From: Polynucleobacter sp. TSB-Sco08W16
Lineage (GTDB): Bacteria > Pseudomonadota > Gammaproteobacteria > Burkholderiales > Burkholderiaceae
DNA: 32,000 nucleotides
Reading direction: 5' to 3'
NCBI RefSeq assembly: GCF_018687455.1
Contig: NZ_CP061291.1
Location: forward strand, 1,776,710-1,808,709
This document shows positions 25,323-32,000 of this stretch, piece by piece; the stretch's first letter is position 1, and every line of letters begins with the position of its first letter. The notes below the pieces were generated by a model. The model made no database searches. It had not been told where the DNA came from and was given only the letters and a program-made list of their open reading frames with translations. The position numbers and the translations under genes are program-made.

Positions 25323-26450
25323 TTAAGCGTCGAGAGCTGAGGCAATAGCAGCCAATCTGGCTACTTCAAATGCACTGCCAATACGCTCGCCATTAGAGCG
25401 ATCGTGTGCTTCAACCCCAGCAATGATCTCGGCAGTATTCAGCGCTTGTGCATCGCGCATTGATTGAATGAGTGGCGTTACTTTTAATCCAATTTTGTCC
25501 GCAAGATCTAAAAGTGCTTGACCACGAGCAGGCTTACGCCAAACATCAGCACGATTAAACCAAGCCAATACATCAAGCGCCCGAAAGGCGTCCTTACTTT
25601 TAATCAAGAATGCAATCAGTTCGCTAAAGATTTCACAAAAGTCGCGAGTCTCAATAGGCATTCGTACATGCTCAGCCCATGACCGAATTTCTGCTGCAGG
25701 TACATGCATCAAAATAATTGCGCAGCGCGCATCAAGACTATTTCCCAGTGAATCTAAATGGGTAATTAACTCTTCACGAAATTCTTCTTGCGCAAGTTGT
25801 GTATTGACTGTTGGCGAAAGAATTGTTCTTGCTGCACCAGTATCTAACAATATTTGAAGCATATGCATCGGCTTGCTAGCAATCAATCCTCTGGCTAACT
25901 CTTGCCATATTCGCTCAGCTGAAAGCGCGTTTAACTCACCCGACTGAACAATTGCCTTTAATGCAAGCATTGTTTCGTCAGCAACTTTGAATGCGGGGAA
26001 ACGTGCTGCAAAACGAGCAATACGCAACAGGCGCAAAGGATCCTCTGCAAATGCATCCGATACATGGCGAAATATCTTGGCAGCTAAATCGTCTTGACCG
26101 TTGTACGGATCAATAATCGACCCCACCAAGGCTCCATCGGAATCCACCTCTCTTGCCATTGCATTAATTGTTAAGTCACGACGTTGTAAGTCTTGCTCCA
26201 AAGTGACTGATGGATCGGCATAAAAATGAAATCCCTTGTATCCCTTACCAGTTTTACGTTCAGTTCGAGCCAGAGCGTATTCGGCCTGAGTCTCTGGGTG
26301 TAAAAAGACTGGGAAATCTTTTCCTACTGGACGAAAGCCTTTGGTAATCATCTCCTCTACGCTAGAGCCCACCACCACATAGTCAATATCGTGGATTGGC
26401 AAACCCATTAAGGCGTCTCGAATGGCTCCGCCTACAGCGTAAATCTTCAT
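25323..26450 (-). CDS. cca: CCA-adding tRNA nucleotidyltransferase (no recognisable HD phosphohydrolase motif)
   Basis: The 375-aa ORF begins [28 protein letters not shown] and also has [10 protein letters not shown]. Confidence 0.9.
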   Translation of the reverse strand: MKIYAVGGAIRDALMGLPIHDIDYVVVGSSVEEMITKGFRPVGKDFPVFLHPETQAEYALARTERKTGKGYKGFHFYADPSVTLEQDLQRRDLTINAMAREVDSDGALVGSIIDPYNGQDDLAAKIFRHVSDAFAEDPLRLLRIARFAARFPAFKVADETMLALKAIVQSGELNALSAERIWQELARGLIASKPMHMLQILLDTGAARTILSPTVNTQLAQEEFREELITHLDSLGNSLDARCAIILMHVPAAEIRSWAEHVRMPIETRDFCEIFSELIAFLIKSKDAFRALDVLAWFNRADVWRKPARGQALLDLADKIGLKVTPLIQSMRDAQALNTAEIIAGVEAHDRSNGERIGSAFEVARLAAIASALDA

Positions 26451-27358
26451 TACTGCATACCTTCCAAGCTACGACGACTCATTTTGAAGACCTCTACCAA
26501 TGCATCCGTACCGTTCATGGGTAATACATTAGGCTGTTGCATGGATGCAATGTTATCGCGAGACATAAGAGTTGGGACAGGTAAGAGCTCAAATGCTAGA
26601 GCTTGCAAATATCCCACAAATCCTGGCACCGGGATAATTACGCATGAGGTTTTCACTTTGCGCGCTGCAAATTCAACAATCTCTTTTAAGGTGTATATCT
26701 TTGGACCCACTAAATCATAAGACTGGTGAATAGTCTGGGGCATAGATAATGCTTTTACAAATGCGCCTGCTACGTCATCAACGCTCACTGGCTGAAACTT
26801 TGCCTGATAGTTGGCTAAAGGCATCACTGGCAATAATTTAGTGAGCTTAGCAAATAAGTTTGTGAATTGATCTTGCGCTCCAAAAATTACTGAGGGTCTA
26901 AATATCGTCCAATCCAAGCCGCTGGCCTTTACCGCTGCCTCACCATCGCCCTTACTACGCTGATACATTGAGGGCCCCTTAGAATCAGCGCCAAGCGCAC
27001 TCATATGTAAATAGCGCTTCACTCCATGCAGCTGCATTGCGGTAATAATATTTTTAGGCAAATCAATATGAGCTGACCTAAATACTTCGCCATAAGGCTT
27101 GGCAGGCTTATCGTGCAGTACACCAACCAGATTGATTACGGCACCTTTAGGCTTTACTCGCGCGCAAAGATTTTGTAACTCATCAAACTCATGAATGTCC
27201 GCCTCTTCAATATGTACTTTAGGCAGCGTACGTAAATCGCGACCTGTAGCAAGATGGCCAGATGGAATTAATACTGAGTAACCAGCTGCTTGTAGTTGTG
27301 CAGCTAAAACACGCCCTACAAATCCGTTACCGCCAATCAGCAAAATATCGTATTGCAT
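26450..27358 (-). CDS. NAD(P)H-binding SDR, NDUFA9/NmrA-like family protein
   Basis: The 302-aa ORF has the N-terminal Rossmann motif [17 protein letters not shown]. It shares 1 nt (position 26450) with the cca start codon. Confidence 0.75.
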   Translation of the reverse strand: MQYDILLIGGNGFVGRVLAAQLQAAGYSVLIPSGHLATGRDLRTLPKVHIEEADIHEFDELQNLCARVKPKGAVINLVGVLHDKPAKPYGEVFRSAHIDLPKNIITAMQLHGVKRYLHMSALGADSKGPSMYQRSKGDGEAAVKASGLDWTIFRPSVIFGAQDQFTNLFAKLTKLLPVMPLANYQAKFQPVSVDDVAGAFVKALSMPQTIHQSYDLVGPKIYTLKEIVEFAARKVKTSCVIIPVPGFVGYLQALAFELLPVPTLMSRDNIASMQQPNVLPMNGTDALVEVFKMSRRSLEGMQ

Positions 27359-27380
27359 GGAATCCTTGGTTTAAGTATGT

Positions 27381-29342
27381 TTAAGGTAATTCAGATGGTG
27401 TTGCCGCTTTTGGAGTAATGACGCCTAAACGCTGCTTAAGTGACTGTGCCTGGCCATTCATGACTGATGAGTAGTAATTTGCATTAGACAGGACATTCTT
27501 CACATATGTACGAGTTTCGTTAAATGGAATCGTTTCTGCAAAAATTGCACCCTCAGTTGGGCCGTTAAGCTTCTCACGCCAAGCCTTAGAACGAGAGGGG
27601 CCAGCGTTATAGGCCGCAGAAGCCAAGACCCATGAACCATCAAGATCAATCAAAACCATATTGAGATAGTTACTTCCCAGCATCAGATTCGTATTGGTAT
27701 CTGCCAACTTATCATTGGTGTAATTAGTCATGCCAATTTTCTTGGCGACATACTTTGCTGTATTGGGCATCACTTGCATTAATCCCGCAGCACCGACAGA
27801 TGAAGAAGCATTCATGATGAAACGTGATTCTTGACGGATAAGACCATAGGCCCAAGCAAGATTCAAATCAATCTGTTTTGCAATAGGAGAAAGTTCATCG
27901 CGATAAGGTGTTGGATAGCGCAGACTAAAGTCATGTTCCTGCTTAGTGCGATCAGCAGTATTCACTACGCGATCATATAAATTTACCCGCTTGGCATATT
28001 CAGCAGCCGCGAGTAATTGCCTGTCACTCATATTTCGTAACTCCCAATTCCACTCGCGATTACCTTCAAAGCGTAAATTCATGGCATACAAACGCTCGCC
28101 TCTCACAAAGCCCTTGCGGCTTCCCATTGCATCAATCTCTTGCTCAGTCACTTTAGTGCGTGTTGGGGCATGATTTGATTTACCCAACTCTTCACGGGCT
28201 AACTGGCCATAAAAATTGTATTGCTCAGCAATGAGCTCAAAACTTTCTTTTGCTTTTGCATCCTGTCCATCTGCTTTTAAAGCGCGGCCGTACCAATAAG
28301 TCCAGGCAGGATCCTTACTGCGTACAGCAGGATTCATACCATCGATAGCATTCTTAACCAGGGTCCAATCCTTAGCGCGCAGCCCTGCCCGCACCTTCCA
28401 TTCTTGCGACTCAACTGACAATAGTTCGTTATATCCAAGCTCTTGTTGCAGGCGATATGCATCATCCGCATTGGGATCTAACTTCTTCGCTAAAAATTGC
28501 CCAATCACACCCCAAGCTACGGCTTGATTCTCTTTGCTAAAGCGCGAAGATGTTTGTAAAAAATCGCGATAGGCTTTTGATGGGTCAGCCTTAGCTGCCT
28601 TCACAATATCTGCAATCGGATCATCTCCACCAAGACGCTTAGCCATGGTGTCAAAACCCTTTTCACTCGCAGCCCGACCAATTGCCTTCGCCTCACTTGG
28701 CGTCATTCCACCCGCCGCCACTAAGGACGGTACGAGCTCCTGGCATGCCTGACCGAAATAACTCGGGTCCAATAGCACTGAACGTGAATCCATTGCCAAC
28801 TTAGTAGGATTCTCGCCTTGAGATAACTTCGATAGCAAGGAATAACACTTCACCTGCGTGTCATCATCCAACACAAATTTTGCGTACTCCACATCAAAAC
28901 GTGCCCAATCTTTACGCTTACCAAGCACTAGCAACCAATCATTACGCAGCCGATCAGCTAAGGCAGTGCCTTGATATTGATTGAGAAAGGCAACTACTTG
29001 TGCGTCTGCGGCGTAATCATTGCGCGCACCACCAGCGCTATCAAACAATTGCGGTTTGATACGGAAATAGGCAACATAGTCATCAAAAGGATAGTTGGCT
29101 AAATTAGATGACAACTGCTGCGTACGAAAAACATCATTTTTTTTCGCAGCCTCGCGCAAATCGATAAACATACGATCGGTGTCAGTAATTTCAGCCGGAG
29201 CAGCTTTGCTTTCATAGGATTTAGGTAAATGTGGCTTTTTTACTTTTTCAGCAAATGCCTGGGGCGCACTTAGGGCTAGACCCAAAACGAAAATTTTGGC
29301 CCATTGACAACATATCCGCATTTTTAACTTCTTTTCCACCAT
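27381..29342 (-). CDS. slt: Soluble lytic murein transglycosylase (Slt70 family)
   Basis: The 653-aa ORF has a signal peptide (...LALSAPQAFA), a superhelical N-terminal domain and C-terminal SLT motifs (ESRF, AGLMQVMP, AYNAGP). The start may be 29342 or the internal M at 29321. Confidence 0.9.
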   Translation of the reverse strand: MVEKKLKMRICCQWAKIFVLGLALSAPQAFAEKVKKPHLPKSYESKAAPAEITDTDRMFIDLREAAKKNDVFRTQQLSSNLANYPFDDYVAYFRIKPQLFDSAGGARNDYAADAQVVAFLNQYQGTALADRLRNDWLLVLGKRKDWARFDVEYAKFVLDDDTQVKCYSLLSKLSQGENPTKLAMDSRSVLLDPSYFGQACQELVPSLVAAGGMTPSEAKAIGRAASEKGFDTMAKRLGGDDPIADIVKAAKADPSKAYRDFLQTSSRFSKENQAVAWGVIGQFLAKKLDPNADDAYRLQQELGYNELLSVESQEWKVRAGLRAKDWTLVKNAIDGMNPAVRSKDPAWTYWYGRALKADGQDAKAKESFELIAEQYNFYGQLAREELGKSNHAPTRTKVTEQEIDAMGSRKGFVRGERLYAMNLRFEGNREWNWELRNMSDRQLLAAAEYAKRVNLYDRVVNTADRTKQEHDFSLRYPTPYRDELSPIAKQIDLNLAWAYGLIRQESRFIMNASSSVGAAGLMQVMPNTAKYVAKKIGMTNYTNDKLADTNTNLMLGSNYLNMVLIDLDGSWVLASAAYNAGPSRSKAWREKLNGPTEGAIFAETIPFNETRTYVKNVLSNANYYSSVMNGQAQSLKQRLGVITPKAATPSELP

Positions 29343-29417
29343 CTAACCCTATATCGATGAGTTCAGCATTTACTTTGCAATAACTTGATTACTATATCTC
29401 TTAATTTTCGCCTGATA

Positions 29418-30044
29418 ATGCTTGATATGCACGGTAATTCACCAAAAACTCTTCGCCAAGAACTATTAAAGCAACGCACGGAATTTGCAGGGGGAGAAAA
29501 TTACACCCAAATTGCAGCTACCGTCATTGCTAACTTAAATCAGTTTCTGGTAACAGAGGGAAAATTCTTATCTTCTATCGCACTCTATTGGCCCATTCAA
29601 GATGAACTAGATTTGCGCCCCACATTAATTTCTTGGGCAAAAGATACAGCCCATTGCACATTGACTCTTCCATTTGCTCGCCCCGATAAGCGCCTTGATT
29701 TTTATCAATGGAAAGATGGGGATAAGCTGATTCCTAGCAAACACGGAGTACCAGAACCGGATCCAAGTAATTTAGATAGACCAGCTATTGATCCTGATTG
29801 CATCCTCATACCGTGTGTAGGCTGGTCAAGCTCAAGCGTTAATGGTGAAACACATTATTGGCGCTTAGGTTATGGCGGTGGCTATTTTGATCGAACGCTG
29901 GCTGATCTTAGAAAGAAAAATCCCAAGCTTATTTGCATTGGGATTGGGTTTGATTGGCAGAAATTAGATGATTCTCAATGGTCAGCTCAAACGCATGATG
30001 AGCCTTTAGATATGCTGCTGACGGAGTCTGGTTTACATCGTTAA
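29418..30044 (+). CDS. 5-formyltetrahydrofolate cyclo-ligase
   Basis: It has the GYGGGYFDR motif and the YWPIQDELD motif. The track start (TTG 29385) is probably too early; ATG 29418 or 29427 is more likely. Confidence 0.8.
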   Translation: MLDMHGNSPKTLRQELLKQRTEFAGGENYTQIAATVIANLNQFLVTEGKFLSSIALYWPIQDELDLRPTLISWAKDTAHCTLTLPFARPDKRLDFYQWKDGDKLIPSKHGVPEPDPSNLDRPAIDPDCILIPCVGWSSSSVNGETHYWRLGYGGGYFDRTLADLRKKNPKLICIGIGFDWQKLDDSQWSAQTHDEPLDMLLTESGLHR

Positions 30045-30045
30045 A

Positions 30046-30876
30046 TTACTTTGTTAAATCCAAGTTATCAGCAATCGCTAAAACAGCATCCGCTTGATTC
30101 AAAGAGTAGAAATGCAAGCCTGGTGCCCCAGCGGTCAACAGTTGATCACATAGATCTGTTACTACCTCTTCACCAAATGCGCGAATGGATGCAATATCGT
30201 CGCCATAAGATTGCAAGCGCAAACGAATCCAACGTGGAATCTCTGCACCACAAGCATCAGAAAAGCGTAACAACTGCGTGCTGTTGGTAATCGGCATAAT
30301 GCCGGCAATGACGGGTTGAGTTACCCCTGAGTCATAAGCCTCGTCAACAAAACGAAAGTAAGCATCCGTGTTGTAAAAGTACTGCGTCACAGCGGAGTTG
30401 GCGCCTGCCTTCATCTTTTGTACAAAGAAATCGACATCGCTTGCAGGCGACTTGGCCTGTGGATGGGTCTCTGGATAGGCGGCTACATCAATATGAAACC
30501 AATCACCTGTTTCAGTTCGAATAAATTCCACTAATTCGTTAGCGTGATGGAATTCACCATACTGACCCATGCCCGATGGTAAGTCGCCACGCAAAGCCAC
30601 AATCCGCTTCACACCCAAAGCCTGATACTGCTTGAGCATCTCTCTCACACTTTCACGTGAACTACCAACACAAGATAAGTGGGGAGCAACTGCAGCGCCT
30701 GCAGCATGTATATCGCTCACCACCTTTAATGTGCCAGATTGAGTAGAGCCACCGGCCCCAAAGGTCACGGAATAAAACGAGGGCTTGAGTGTTTCGCTGA
30801 AACGCTCACGCACTAGATGCAACTTATTCTCACCTTCAGGTGTTTTTGGAGGAAAGAATTCGACGCTTAATTCCAT
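30046..30876 (-). CDS. metF: Methylenetetrahydrofolate reductase
   Basis: The 276-aa ORF begins MELSVEFFPPKTPEG and has the VTFGAGGST and LRGD motifs. Confidence 0.93.
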   Translation of the reverse strand: MELSVEFFPPKTPEGENKLHLVRERFSETLKPSFYSVTFGAGGSTQSGTLKVVSDIHAAGAAVAPHLSCVGSSRESVREMLKQYQALGVKRIVALRGDLPSGMGQYGEFHHANELVEFIRTETGDWFHIDVAAYPETHPQAKSPASDVDFFVQKMKAGANSAVTQYFYNTDAYFRFVDEAYDSGVTQPVIAGIMPITNSTQLLRFSDACGAEIPRWIRLRLQSYGDDIASIRAFGEEVVTDLCDQLLTAGAPGLHFYSLNQADAVLAIADNLDLTK

Positions 30877-30913
30877 GATTTTGGGCCTAGGTATCTATTG
30901 AACAGTGATTGGA

Positions 30914-32000
30914 TTAATAACGGTAATGGTCGGCTTTATATGGGCCTTCCTTGGTTACGCCAATATAAGAAGCTTGCTGATCTGACAACACAGTTAACTC
31001 TGCATTGAGGGTCTTGAGCTGCAAACGCGCAACCTTCTCATCCAAATGCTTGGGCAATGTGTAAACACCGATTGGGTATTTATTGGTTCCCACTGCATTC
31101 CATAATTCAATTTGGGCAATTACTTGGTTTGCAAATGAAGAGCTCATCACATAAGATGGGTGCCCAGTACCGCAACCAAGGTTTACTAAACGACCTTTAG
31201 CCAAAATGATGATGCGCTTTTCAGGCTTACCGTTGGCGGCCGGGAAAATCACATGGTCAACTTGTGGCTTGATCTCTTCCCACTTGTATTTTTCAATACC
31301 AGCAACATCGATCTCATTATCAAAGTGGCCGATGTTACAAACAATTGCTTGATTCTTCATCTTGGCCATGTGATCATGAGTAATAACATGGTAGTTGCCT
31401 GTTGCCGATACAAAAATATCTGCTTTGTCAGCGGCGTAATCCATGGTGACAACGCGATAACCTTCCATCGCTGCTTGTAGTGCGCAGATTGGATCCACTT
31501 CAGTTACCCAAACTTGAGCTGATAAGGCGCGCAATGCTTGTGCAGAACCCTTGCCTACATCACCATAGCCACAAACTACTGCGACCTTACCGGCAACCAT
31601 TACGTCTGTTGCGCGCTTAATCGCATCCACTAAAGACTCGCGGCAACCATAAAGATTGTCAAACTTACTCTTGGTTACAGAGTCATTTACGTTAATTGCT
31701 GGGAACTTCAAGTCACCCTTAGCAAACATTTGATACAAGCGATGTACGCCCGTAGTCGTTTCTTCTGTAACGCCTTTTACTTTTTCTAGGCGTGTCGAAT
31801 ACCAAGTCGGATCTTGTGCCAGTTTTTTCTTGATGGCAGCAAACAAAATTGTTTCTTCTTCGCTTGTTGGATTATTCAAGCAGGCTTGATCTTTTTCAGC
31901 GCGCGCACCAAGATGCAATAACAAAGTAGCATCGCCACCATCATCCAAAATCATGTTGGTATAGCCGCCATCCGCCCACTCAAAAATACGGTGCGTAAAG
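30914..32000 (-). CDS. ahcY: Adenosylhomocysteinase, with the 5' end beyond the right window edge
   Basis: The reading frame stays open to position 32000 (...[27 protein letters not shown]). It has the [13 protein letters not shown] motif and the C-terminal KADHYRY. Confidence 0.95.
   Translation of the reverse strand, partial: FTHRIFEWADGGYTNMILDDGGDATLLLHLGARAEKDQACLNNPTSEEETILFAAIKKKLAQDPTWYSTRLEKVKGVTEETTTGVHRLYQMFAKGDLKFPAINVNDSVTKSKFDNLYGCRESLVDAIKRATDVMVAGKVAVVCGYGDVGKGSAQALRALSAQVWVTEVDPICALQAAMEGYRVVTMDYAADKADIFVSATGNYHVITHDHMAKMKNQAIVCNIGHFDNEIDVAGIEKYKWEEIKPQVDHVIFPAANGKPEKRIIILAKGRLVNLGCGTGHPSYVMSSSFANQVIAQIELWNAVGTNKYPIGVYTLPKHLDEKVARLQLKTLNAELTVLSDQQASYIGVTKEGPYKADHYRY

Noticed and set aside
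1-32000. CRISPR arrays, rRNA genes, IS elements with terminal inverted repeats
   Set aside because: I found no regularly spaced direct repeats, no rRNA-like sequence and no transposase ORF in the window.

Overview
This window looks like a chromosomal segment of a moderately A+T-rich betaproteobacterium. Gene content and order resemble Burkholderiales such as Polynucleobacter, but that is inference only. The backbone is housekeeping. It carries a split B12-dependent methionine synthase (1-3126), a PhaM-like protein, an MBL hydrolase and a small DUF1289-type Cys protein missing from the ORF track. Next come acuI/yhdH, a flavin reductase, a GST, and an OMF-MFP-RND efflux operon (7498-13391). It also carries glmU-glmS, ttcA, folB-like and pteridine-reductase-like genes, a MidA-type methyltransferase, cca, an Slt lytic transglycosylase, 5-formyl-THF cyclo-ligase, metF and a partial ahcY. 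The standout is a roughly 5.1-kb A+T-richer integrative island (16866-21982) inserted into the 3' end of ttcA. It is bounded by 33-nt imperfect direct repeats, carries its own replacement ttcA C-terminus, and separates ttcA from its former ATGA-coupled partner glmU. Inside the island, a 1.77-kb module (18206-19978) is bracketed by two closely related long imperfect palindromes. The module holds about 1 kb of ORF-free, hairpin-dense DNA followed by a catalytic-domain-only (FimB/FimE-sized) tyrosine recombinase. I consider this module the best candidate for an undescribed system: a nested minimal mobile or invertible unit, possibly with a large structured RNA. No rRNA, tRNA or CRISPR array was found.
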